A stretch of DNA of 64,000 nt from Eledone cirrhosa (Eukaryota). The notes under the pieces are model-generated. The model worked only from the letters and a program-made list of their open reading frames with translations. It did no database searches and was not told the origin of the DNA. Shown piece by piece: positions 45,001-56,420 of this stretch (the first letter of the stretch is position 1; each line of letters opens with the position of its first letter). The position numbers and the translations under genes are program-made. Location: NCBI GenBank assembly GCA_964016885.1, contig OZ024744.1:5518001-5582000 (forward strand). Reading direction: 5' to 3'.

Positions 45001-48000
45001 ACGGTAGTACCTCACTATATGGGACATATTTAGGTGGTAACTGTGGTATAGAGTTCATCAGGATCAACGGTAGTACCTCACTATATGTGACATATTTAGG
45101 TGGTAACTGTGGTATAGACAGTTCATCATGATCAACGGTAGTACCTCACTACATGTGACATATTTAGGTGGCAACTGTGGTATAGAGTTCATCAGGATCA
45201 ACGGTAGTACCTCACTATATGTGACATATTTAGGTGGTAACTGTGGTATAGACAGTTCATCAAGATCAACGGTAGTACCTCACTATATGTGACATATTGA
45301 GGTGGTTACGGTGGTATAGACAGTTCATCAGGATCAACGGTAGTACCTCACTATATGTGACATATTGAGGTGGTTACGGTGGTATAGACAGTTCATCAGG
45401 ATCAACGGTAGTACCTCACTATATGTGACATATTTAGGTGGTAACTGTGGTATAGAGTTCATCAGGATCAACGGTAGTACCTCACTATATGTGACATATT
45501 TAGGTGGTAACTGTGGTATAGACAGTTCATCAAGATCAACGGTAGTACCTCACTATATGTGACATATTTAGGTGGTAACTGGGATATAGAGTTCATCAGG
45601 ATCAACGGTAGTACCTCACTATATGTGACATATTTAGGTGGCAACTGTGGTATAGAGTTCATCAGGATCAACGGTAGTACCTCACTATATGTGACATATT
45701 TAGGTGGTAACTGTGGTATAGACAGTTCATCAGGATCAACGGTAGTACCTCACTATATGTGACATATTGAGGTGGTTACGGTGGTATAGAGTTCATCAGG
45801 ATCAATGGTAGTACCTCACTATATGTGACATATTTAGGTGGTAACTGTGGTATAGAGTTCATCAGGATCAACGGTAGTACCTCACTATATGTGACATATT
45901 TAGGTGGTAACTGTGGTATAGACAGTCCATCAGGATCAACGGTAGTACCTCACTATATGTGACATATTTAGGTGGTAACTGTGGTATAGAGTTCATCAGG
46001 ATCAACGGTAGTACCTCACTATATGTGATATATTTAGGTGGTAACTGTGGTATAGAGTTCATCAGGATCAACGGTAGTACCTCACTATATGTGACATATT
46101 TAGGTGGTAACTGTAGTATAGAGTTCATCAGGATCAACGGTAGTACCTCACTATATGTGACATATTTAGGTGGTAACTGTGATATAGACAGTTCATCAGG
46201 ATCAACGGTAGTACCTCACTATATGTGACATATTTAGGTGGCAACTGTGCTATAGACAGTCCATCATGATCAACGGTAGTACCTCACTCTATGTGACATA
46301 TTTAGGTGGTAACTGTGGTATAGAGTTCATCAGGATCAACGGTAGTACCTCACTATATGTGACATATTTAGGTGGTAACTGTGGTATAGACAGTTCATCA
46401 GGTTCAACGGTAGTACCTCACTATATGTGACATATTTAGGTGGTAACTGTGGTATAGACAGTTCATCAGGATCAACGGTAGTACCTCACTATATATGACA
46501 TATTTAGGTGGTAACTGTGGTATAGACAGTTCATCAGGATCAACGGTAGTACCTCACTATATGTGACATATTGAGGTGGTAACTGTGGTATAGAGTTCAT
46601 CAGGATCAACGGTAGTACCTCACTATATGTGACATATTTATGTGGTAACTGTAGTATAGAGTTCATCAGGATCAACGGTAGTACCTCACTCTATGTGACA
46701 TATTTAGGTGGTAACTGTGATATAGAGCTAATCAAGATCAACGGTAGTACCTCACTATATGTGACATATTTAGGTGGTAACTGTGGTATAGAGTTCATCA
46801 GGATCAACGGTAGTACCTCACTATATGTGACATATTTAGGTGATAACTGTAGTATAGAGTTCATCAGGATCAACGGTAGTACCTCACTATATGTGACATA
46901 TTTAGGTGGTAACTGTGATATAGAGCTAATCAAGATCAACGGTAGTACCTCACTATATGTGACATATTTAGGTGGTAACTGTGGTATAGACAGTTCATCA
47001 GGATCAACGGTAGTACCTCACTATATGTGACATATTTAGGTGGTAACTGTGGTATAGACAGTTCATCAGGATCAACGGTAGTACCTCACTATATGTGACA
47101 TATTTAGGTGGTAACTGTGATATAGAGTTCATCAGGATCAACGGTAGTACCTCACTATATGTGACATATTTAGGTGGTAACTGTGATATAGAGTTCATCA
47201 GGATCAACGGTAGTACCTCACTATATGTGACATATTTAGGTGGTAACTGTGATATAGAGCTAATCAAGATCAACGGTAGTACCTCACTATATGTGACATA
47301 TTTAGGTGGTAACTGTGGTATAGAGTTCATCAGGATCAACGGTAGTACCTCACTATATGTGACATATTTAGGTGGTAATTGTGGTATAAAATTCTTCATG
47401 ATCAACGTTAGTACCTCACTGTATGTGACATATTTAGGTGGTAACTGTGGTATAGAGTTCATCAGGATCAACGGTAGTACCTCACTATATGTGACATATT
47501 TAGGTGGTACCTGTGGTATAGAGTTCATCAGGATCAACGGTAGTACCTCACTATATGTGACATATTTAGGTGTTAACTGTGATATAGACAGTTCATCAGG
47601 ATCAACTGTAGTACCTCACTATATGTGACATATTTAGGTGGTAACTGTGGTATAGATTTCATCAGGATCAAGGGTAGTACCTCACTATATGTGACATATT
47701 TAGGTGGTAACTGTGGTATAGACAGTTCATCAGGATCAACGGTAGTACCTCACTATATGTGACATATTTAGGTGGTAACTGTGGTATAGACAGTTCATCA
47801 GGATCAACGGTAGTACCTCACTATATGTGACATATTTAGGTGGTAACTGTGGTATAGAGTTCATCAAGATCAACGGTAGTACCTCACTATATGTGACATA
47901 TTTAGGTGGTAACTGTGGTATAGACAGTCCATCATGATCAACGGTAGTACCTCACTATATGTGACATATTTAGGTGGTAACTGTGGTATAGACAGTTCAT

Positions 48001-50639
48001 CAGGATCAACGGTAGTACCTCACTATATGTGACATATTTAGGTGGTTACTGTGATATAGACAGTTTATCAAGATCGACGGTAGTACCTCACTATATGTGA
48101 CATATTTAGGTGGTAACTGTGGTATAGACAGTTCATCAAGATCAACGGTAGTACCTCACTATATGTGACATATTTAGGTGGTAACTGTGGTATAGACAGT
48201 CCATCATGATCAACGGTAGTACCTCACTATATGTGACATATTTAGGTGGTAACTGTGGTATAGACAGTTCATCAGGATCAACGGTAGTACCTCACTATAT
48301 GTGACATATTTAGGTGGTTACTGTGATATAGACAGTTTATCAAGATCAACGGTAGTACCTCACTATATGTGACATATTTAGGTGGTAACTGTGGTATAGA
48401 CAGTTTATCAAGATCAACGGTAGTACCTCACTATATGTGACATATTTAGGTGGTAACTGTGGTATAGAGTTCATCAGGATCAACGGTAGTACCTCACTAT
48501 ATGTGACATATTTAGGTGGTAACTGTGGTATAGAGTTCATCAAGATCAACGGTAGTACCTCACTATATGTGACATATTTAGGTGGTAACTGTGGTATAGA
48601 GTTCATCAGGATCAACGGTAGTACCTCACTATATGTGACATATTTAGGTGGTAACTGTGATATAGACAGTTCATCAGGATCAACGGTAGTACCTCACTAT
48701 ATGTGACATATTTAGGTGGTAACTGTGGTATAGACAGTTCATCAGGTTCAACGGTAGTACCTCACTATATGTGACATATTTAGGTGGTAACTGTGGTATA
48801 GACAGTTCATCAGGATCAACGGTAGTACCTCACTATATGTGACATATTTAGGTGGTAACTGTAGTATAGACAGTTCATCAGGATCAACGGTAGTACCTCA
48901 CTATATGTGACATATTTAGGTGGTTACTGTGATATAGACAGTTTATCAAGATCAACGGTAGTACCTCACTATATGTGACATATTTAGGTGGTAACTGTGG
49001 TATAGACAGTTCATCAAGATCAACGGTAGTACCTCACTATATGTGACATATTTAGGTGGTAACTGTGGTATAGAGTTCATCAAGATCAACGGTAGTACCT
49101 CACTATATGTGACATATTTAGGTGGTAACTGTGGTATAGAGTTCATCAGGATCAACGGTAGTACCTCACTATATGTGACATATTTAGGTGGTAACTGTGA
49201 TATAGACAGTTCATCAGGATCAACGGTAGTACCTCACTATATGTGACATATTTAGGTGGTAACTGTGGTATAGACAGTTCATCAGGTTCAACGGTAGTAC
49301 CTCACTATATGTGACATATTTAGGTGGTAACTGTGGTATAGACAGTTCATCAGGATCAACGGTAGTACCTCACTATATGTGACATATTTAGGTGGTAACT
49401 GTAGTATAGACAGTTCATCAGGATCAACGGTAGTACCTCACTATATGTGGCATATTTAGGTGGCAACTGTGGTATAGAGTTCATCAGGATCAACGGTAGT
49501 ACCTCACTCTATGTGACATATTTAGGTGGTAACTGTGGTATAGACAGTTCATCAGGATCAACGGTAGTACCTCACTATATGTGACATATTTAGGTGGTAA
49601 CTGTAGTATAGAGTTCATCAGGATCAACGGTAGTACCTCACTCTATGTGACATATTTAAGTGGTAACTGTGGTATAGAGCTAATCAAGATCAACGGTAGT
49701 ACCTCACTATATGTGACATATTTAGGTGGTAACTGTGGTATAGAGCTAATCAAGATCAACGGTAGTACCTCACTATATGTGACATATTTAGGTGGTAACT
49801 GTGGTATAGAGTTCATCAGGATCAACGGTAGTACCTCACTATATGTGACATATTTAGGTGGTAACTGTGGTATAGACAGTTCATCAAGATCAACGGTAGT
49901 ACCTCACTATATGTGACATATTTAGGTGGTAACTGTGGTATAGACAGTTCATCAGGATCAACGGTAGTACCTCACTATATATGACATATTTAGGTGGTAA
50001 CTGTGGTATAGACAGTCCATCAGGATCAACGGTAGTACCTCACTATATGTGACATATTTAGGTGGTAACTGTGGTATAGAGTTCATCAGGATCAACGGTA
50101 GTACCTCACTATATGTGACATATTTAGGTGGTAACTGTGGTATAGAGTTCATCAGGATCAACGGTAGTACCTCACTATATATGACATATTTAGGTGGTAA
50201 CTGTGGTATAGACAGTTCATCAGGATCAACGGTAGTACCTCACTATATATGACATATTTAGGTGGTAACTGTGGTATAACAGTCCATCAAGATCAACGGT
50301 AGTACCTCACTATATGTGACATATTTAGGTGGTTACTGTAGTATAGAGTTCATCAGGATCAACGGTAGTACCTCACTATATGTGACATATTTAGGTGGTA
50401 ACTGTGGTATAGACAGTTCATCAGGATCAACGGTAGTACCTCACTATATGTGACATATTTAGGTGGTAACTGTGGTATAGACAGTTCATCAGGATCAACG
50501 GTAGTACCTCACTATATGTGACATATTTAGGTGGTAACTGTGGTATAGACAGTTCATCAGGATCAAGGGTAGTACCTCACTATATGTGACATATTTAGGT
50601 GGTAACTGTAGTATAGAGTTCATCAAGATCAACGGTAGT
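1..50639. repeat. Tandem satellite array, 66/68-bp dimorphic monomer, about 750 copies, open at the left window edge
   Basis: Consensus CAACGGTAGTACCTCACTATATGTGACATATTTAGGTGGTAACTGTGGTATAGA(CA)GTTCATCAGGAT repeated head-to-tail without interruption. Most copies differ from consensus by 0-4 substitutions. Copy number is array length divided by about 67 bp. Confidence 0.99.
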
Positions 50640-50730
50640 GAGATAAGCATTCAATCATATCTACCTTACTGTATGTGACATAATTAGGTGTTAACTGAGG
50701 CATGGACAGTTCATCTTGATCAACGGTATT
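50640..50730. repeat. Diverged terminal 91-bp unit of the array (68-bp type monomer plus 23 extra bp)
   Basis: GATCAACGGTA occurs at 50627 and again at 50718 (91 bp apart). Between them lie the 23-bp GAGATAAGCATTCAATCATATCT and a monomer with 9 substitutions that has the GACAG (68-bp) form. Confidence 0.92.
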
Positions 50731-51310
50731 GTTGGCTTATATATTTGTTTTGTTGTCAGTTGACATTGTTGGCTAATTGGACGTCCGCCATGTTTATTCC
50801 ATCAAGCCTATCTGGATATTTCTTTCTACTTTCTGAAATTTCTCGTTTTAGTTTTATCTGTTTGAGTCCCGTTAATTTCTTGTTAAAATGTTTGTATTTC
50901 TGGAAGATGTATTTTCCTTCTTCGTGTATAATGTTTATCGATTTTGATTTTCTGTTGGTGTAGTGATTTTACTCATTTCTTGTATTAGGTTACCTTTTAA
51001 TTTTTCTTGTTGGCTTAATTCTATGTAAATTTTCTTTTTGTGTTTAGAATCAGTGTTTGAATCTATCAGCTTGTCTTTTGGTTAGTTGGAGTTTTCTTAC
51101 ATTGATGGTGTAAAATCTGGATGAGGCACATTGTTTTATGAAGTGCAGTTGTCGAATTGTTATTGATTTCTTTAGACAACAGAACATGTCGGCTTTCAGT
51201 GTCTTGTTAGCTTGGCTAGAGCTTACGGTAATTCGTTTTTGTATTTTTTTCGCGAGATTTCTTATCTGAAAACGTGTGTTGAAACAGATATTGTTATATT
51301 TTGGCAGCAT
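50641..51310 (-). pseudogene. Frameshifted N-terminal ORF fragment of a Penelope-like element, same family as the 57.9-60.7 kb copy
   Basis: Minus strand reads MLPKYNNICFNTRFQIRNLAKK...IRQLHFIKQC..., then across frameshifts KKKIYIELSQQEKLKGNL / INIIHEEGKYIFQKYKHFNKKLTGLKQIKLKRE...YPDRLDGINMADVQL / TVDQDELSMPQLTPNYVTYSKVDMIECLS. The start region TTGGCAGCATGACCCTCCCAAAGTATAACAAT (51301-51332) matches TTGGCAACATGACCCTCCCAAAGCATAACAAT at the 3' end of the RT/GIY-YIG element (60715-60746) with 2 mismatches. Confidence 0.75.
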
Positions 51311-51388
51311 GACCCTCCCAAAGTATAACAATACCTGTTTCAACACACGCTTTCAGATAAGAAATCTCGCAAAACAAATAAAAAAACG

Positions 51389-51393
<5 letters not shown>
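51229..51393. repeat. Fold-back inverted repeat (about 76-bp arms, 13-nt loop) at the 5' end of the PLE fragment, resembling an inverted pLTR tail
   Basis: Left arm TAATTCGTTTTTG...GTTATATTTTGG is imperfectly complementary to right arm CCAAAGTATAAC...AAAAAACGAATTA. The right arm ends directly at a (TA)n tract. Confidence 0.93.

Positions 51394-51422
<29 letters not shown>
51392..51422. repeat. (TA)n microsatellite
   Basis: Pure TA dinucleotide run. Confidence 0.97.
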
Positions 51423-51424
<2 letters not shown>

Positions 51425-52514
51425 GATAACAAATTATCGTTATAGGTAATCCAGTTAGAGGTTGTGAATACTCCGTATTGTGGATAGATTTAGCGTACGG
51501 TGTTGTTTGACTCAACAAGAGGTTTCCTTAGGTAGCGAGTTAGCGAGTTCGGGAATTCCTATGCAGATTAATCTTGGAGTAATAAGAGTGAAAGAGTGAA
51601 GAATAACATGGTCAACAGTACAAAAAGGGTTTTATTTACAGTATCAACAATTGTTTCATTGATTAAGTTGTCTAAAAATTGTTAATCACATGAAGTTGTG
51701 TCTCAATTTTAAATACAATGCATGCTTAATCAAATCATCGGAAAAACTGATTAAAATTATACACGGCTTGTAGATATTATACTAAAGTATATATATATAT
51801 TATACCAAAGAAAACAAATATTCGAGGAAGCTAAGGTTATATTGTAACTATATAATGAAGGAGAAAAATTAGGATTACAAAAATCAAAGGTAAATTATCT
51901 ATATTTATGTATAATTTAAATTGGTATTATATAAGTGGGAAAATATTTAACAATTCGTATAGCTTTTTTATATAACTTATATGGTTATAATGCTATGAGA
52001 TAAATTAATTAGTTCAAAAGAAGAGATGTAATTACCGTAGCCTTTCAACAATTACATTTAAGTAGTTATACAAATAGAGGAAAATATTAGCTATTTGTGT
52101 AACTATTATTATAAGAAAAGATGTATGTATTATAGCCTAGTTTATCAATATATATTAAATATATATTAATTTAATTTAGTTATACGCTAACTAAAGATAA
52201 GGTAGATGAAAAAGTTATAATGAAAAAATATTAGTTTACTTAATTTGTCTATTCGTCTTAATCTAAAGATAATGAAATCGCTTAAAAATTTTAAATAAAG
52301 AAATATTTTTTATTTATTTTTCTATTATTAATTTTAACTAAAAACTCTATGAAACGTTTTCGAAAACCTGTGAAGATAAGAACTAAAGATTTCAGATGGT
52401 ATATTAATAATTAATTGCCTATTATAAATGATATGTAGAATTTCTGAGGTACAGAGGTCACGTCCTTTAGATACAGAAGCATTTTTCGTAAGGCAAAGCA
52501 TTAAAAAGTTTCTG

Positions 52515-54320
52515 TCAAGAAAGGGAATTTATCTACTACTCCCAACCTGGTTCCATCAACCATGATATTGGGTTAAGTATATGGTTCTCGAGGAGCAGGG
52601 GGTAAACATCACTTCGTCTTTTTAAGGCTGATTGTAAGCCTAAATGCTGTACACGAGGATGAGAAAACGTCCATAATGTGTTGCATGTCAGCTTCTGTGT
52701 GTGCTAGGAAATCAGCGTCGTCAGCGTAAAAAAGGTCTCTGATCAGAGCTTGAAAATATTTTGTCGTGGCATTAAACCTTCTTAAGTTAAAACACTTTCT
52801 AGTGGTTCTGAACCGTAAGAGAGCCCCTGTCACAATCAAGGAAAGAATGTGTGAGCAAGGCAGCAAAGAAGATGGAGAAAAGCGTAGGAGCAGGAATATC
52901 ACCTTTCTTTACTCCATATTCAATTGAGATTTCCCCAGATAGCTGACAATTGAAAGTAACCCAAGCTTTCATATTTTTAATCAGCTACTTTAGCATACTC
53001 ACAAACTTGGGTTGACATCCTACTTTTCCAAGTATTTTCCAGAATATATCTCTGTTAACTGTGTCAAAGGTCTTCGTTAGGTCGACAAAGACTTGATATA
53101 GGGAGACGCACTCCTCAATGCAGTTTTCTTGTATTTGTCTTACAGAGGAAATCATGTCAACTGTTCCCCTTCCTCTTATAAAACCACTCTGTGATTCTGA
53201 GATAGCTACATGACAGATATCCTCATCCAGTCTGATGAGCAAAAGTCTTGCGAGAACCTTGCCAACAGCTTCCAACAAAGTGATGCCACGGTAGTTTCCA
53301 CGTATCTTTTTTTCACCTTTGCCTTTGATCCAGTCTTGCGGAACCTGGGTCCCATTCCAGCAATCAGTGATGAAGTTGTTATTGCTTCTGTTACATTATC
53401 ACTGCCGACTTTCAGCAGTTCTACTGGGATACCATCTGGACCTGGTGCCTTGACAGAGTTAACCTACTTGACCGCCAACGTTATTTCATCAGCAGAGGGA
53501 AGTTGATCTATACTGTGGACTGTTTCATATTGAGGAAGATCCTCTATCACTCTAAAATTAACCGCAAACAGATCAGTAAAATATTCCTCCCAAACTGAAA
53601 AGTTTTTGATGGATCTTTGATGATGATATTGGCATCGTCCTTAGATCTCAGAGGAGTTACTGGGGATGTTGGTGTGCCGAAGACTTGGCGTATCAATGAG
53701 TAAAAAGACTTCGAATCTTTGGTGTTTAAAGCCTGTTGGATTTCTGAAGAAATATTACTCCACCACTTATTTTGCATCCTGCGCATGTTGCAGTGTTGCC
53801 TTGTGATCTTTGTATGCTTTCCTGAGAGCTGGTTTTGCTACAGGATTCTGATTCAGGAGCTTTTCATAGAGAGTGTGCTTGGTTTTCAGTAGCTGATTGA
53901 TATTAGAATTGTTGTCATCGAACCAGTCCTGGTGTTTCTTGGTTCTGAAGCCAAGTACCTGAGCTTCCTCTGAGTAAACTTGATCTCTAAAGTTTGCCCA
54001 GGTGCCATCAAAATCAAGATAAAAAAATCTTTCAGTTAGGGTTGCACATACATCTGCTTGCCTCAGTTTGGTGGCATCAATGTGTTTCGGTGCTTTCATT
54101 CCACACATAGGAATTCTTTTGCAGATAATCATCTTGAACGTTCCTCACACTAATTTGTGGTCAGTGCCACATTCTGCACTACGCATCACACGCACTGTAC
54201 ACTCATCACTTATATCTCGTTCAGGAGTGATGATGAAATCAATCATGTGTCCATGCTTGGATGTTGCGTGATACCAGGTAGCTTTATATTTGAGCTTCTG
54301 ACGGAAAAGAGTGTTACACA
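52515..54320 (-). mobile_element. Decayed RTE-clade (BovB-like) non-LTR retrotransposon, APE C-terminus plus RT, truncated at both ends
   Basis: Minus-strand fragments: SKHGHMIDFII...VMRSAECGTDHKLV (end of APE), HQDWFDDN, RRMQNKWW, SQSGFIRGRGTVDMI, VFVDLTKTFDTVNR, GVKKGDIPAPTLFSIFF, LFYADDA, LTISLKKTK. Many stops and frameshifts. Boundaries approximate. Confidence 0.9.
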
Positions 54321-54334
54321 TTTACCGATACAAA

Positions 54335-54606
54335 GCATATACACATGCACACATACAACTCAAAACATCCACATCCACACATACAATAACATCCATATCT
54401 ACAGATGCAGACATACATACATATCTACCTAGTTGATGTTGTGTAAATTCCAATGAGAGAGTCTTGTGTCTATGTTAGAAACCGACTCGGCAAACATTTT
54501 TGAAATTATAAAACCAGAAGTATATACATACATATATACTTACTTACATACATACTTACATACATACACACATACATATATACATACATACATACACACA
54601 TACACA
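54335..54606. repeat. CA/TA-rich low-complexity tracts including (TACA)n
   Basis: Degenerate CATA/TACA runs at about 54335-54425 and 54521-54606. Confidence 0.8.
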
Positions 54607-54975
54607 CTCATCAATATAAATGTTCTAGTATATACGGAGTTATTTGCGAATTCTACTACTTAAGAATTCAAACAGAATTTGACAACAACACGCCATACAA
54701 TTCTAAAAGTCTTGTTAGCTAATCGCTGCTGGCCGTAAAAGAAAATACTTTCATATGTTTGCGGTTTTTCAGGCCATAGACATGCTTTTATCACTCTCGA
54801 GGATTTTATCCAGTAAATTGATGTATAAACAAAAATGGCCGAATTTAATTCCCAGTCGGTTTTGAAAAGAAGATATGTAAAGTTAATGTTCTTTATCTTA
54901 CTTTCAACGATATAGAAAGTTGGATGGTTGCATAGAACAGATCTTCTGCTTCAAGTTTACTTCATAAACCTAATT

Positions 54976-55334
54976 ATATATATCTATGTGAGTATTTATA
55001 TATATATCTATATATCTATGGGTGTGTGTATTTATATACATATATCTATCTATGTGTGTGCGTATATATATATATATGTGTGTGTGTGTGTATTTATATA
55101 TATATATATATATATATTTATGTGTGTGTGTATTTATATATATCTATCTATCCATGTGTGAGTGTATTTATATATATGTGTGGGGAGCTGAGACATAGAG
55201 GGAGAGAGAGAGAGAGGGTCTGTGTGTGTATGTCTGTGTATACGTGTGTGCGTGGGGTGGGGTTTAGATAGAGAGAGAGGGGAGAGAGAGAAAGTATGTG
55301 TATCTGTTTGTATATATGTATGTGGAGGATGAGT

Positions 55335-55373
<39 letters not shown>

Positions 55374-55740
55374 GGAGAGAGAGAGAGGGGGAGTCTGTGT
55401 GTGTGTATCATTGAGTGAGAGAAACAGAGTGTGTGCGTGCGTGTGTGAAACAGTGACAGAGAGAGAGAATGTGTGTGTGTTTGTATGAGTGTGTGTGTGT
55501 CGGTGTGTGTATGTGTATGTGTGTGTGTGTATGGTGTGTGTGTGTCTATGTGTGTATGTATGCGTATGTATGTGTATGTATATGTATGTGCATGTGCGTA
55601 TGTATGTATCAATGTATGTATGTATATATGTGTATGTATGTGTGTCTATATATGTCTGTGTGTATGTGCAAATATGTATATACATGTATGCATGCGTATA
55701 TATGTATATACATGGGTGCATGTGTGTGCATATGTGTGGG
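54976..55740. repeat. Compound microsatellite field (TA, TG, GA, TATG)
   Basis: Alternating imperfect dinucleotide and tetranucleotide runs. Confidence 0.93.
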
Positions 55741-55815
55741 GACATAGAAATAGTCGGGCTGGATACCCGATTGCGCAGTTAAACCAGTGAGAGTGAAGGA
55801 CCCCTAGTCTTTGTC

Positions 55816-55976
55816 AGGGCATTGAGAATTTGAAATATTCTTTGCTCAAAACACTCACAGGACCATAAGTATTACATGTGTAACGTTTGAAAACAATCAG
55901 TTGGGTGGTTCTCGAGTTTTAGGGAGCTGACAGACAAACGGACAGACAGATAGACATTCTCAGATAGACATACAGA
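55816..55976 (-). mobile_element. 5' part of a second non-autonomous Helitron copy, head-to-head with the copy at 55980
   Basis: The reverse complement (TCTGTATGTCTATCTGAGAATGTCTATCTGTCTGTC...CTCCCTAAAACTCGAGAACCACCCAACTGATTGTTTTCAAAC...TCAATGCCCT) aligns with 55980-56127. Confidence 0.7.
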
Positions 55977-56263
55977 TAATCTATATATCTAAAACAGAGA
56001 ATGTCTGTCTGTCTGACTCCCTAAAACTCGAGAAACACCCAACCGATTGTTTTCAAACTTTACACATGTAATACTTATGGTCCTGTGAGTGTTTTGAGCA
56101 AAATATATTTCAAATGTTCAATGCCCTAGGGACGGCATTAGGTGATTTAGCGATCTCTATAATTCTTAGTCTTTCTTTTTAGATAGATACATAGCTATAA
56201 CGTCGCGCCCCTATACTATCTATCTGCATGTCTGGCTGTCTGCATTACGACATTATGACGCGG

Positions 56264-56293
56264 TGTGTGTGTGTATATATATGTATATATATA

Positions 56294-56384
<91 letters not shown>
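56264..56384. repeat. (TG)n/(TA)n microsatellite
   Basis: Short TG run followed by a long TA run. Confidence 0.97.
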
Positions 56385-56388
<4 letters not shown>

Positions 56389-56420
56389 ATTAAATAAATG
56401 GAAACTATATTTATAAAACC

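Noticed and set aside
268-50252. Dozens of ORFs with 22-aa repeats (GSTSLYVTYLGGNCGIEFIRIN / LPLILMNSIPQLPPKYVTYSEV), loosely NHL-like
   Set aside because: They arise from runs of 66-bp units, are broken by every 68-bp unit and by stop variants, occur on both strands, and never exceed 177 aa.
1-50639. CRISPR array (period of 66-68 bp resembles repeat plus spacer)
   Set aside because: The whole unit is repeated, with no unique spacers, no cas genes and a eukaryotic TE context.
1-50639. Minus-strand CTGATGA followed by a hairpin in each monomer, as a hammerhead or C/D-box snoRNA array
   Set aside because: There is no GAAA after the stem, so the hammerhead core is incomplete. No separate C and D boxes with a terminal stem. 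The motif is explained by codons CCT GAT GAA.
51423-52514. AT-rich unique region with a minus-strand AATAAA near 51635 and short duplications
   Set aside because: No ORF, splice pattern or terminal structure that I can support.
54157-56416. ORFs rich in YI/HT/CV/LS dipeptides
   Set aside because: Translations of microsatellites.
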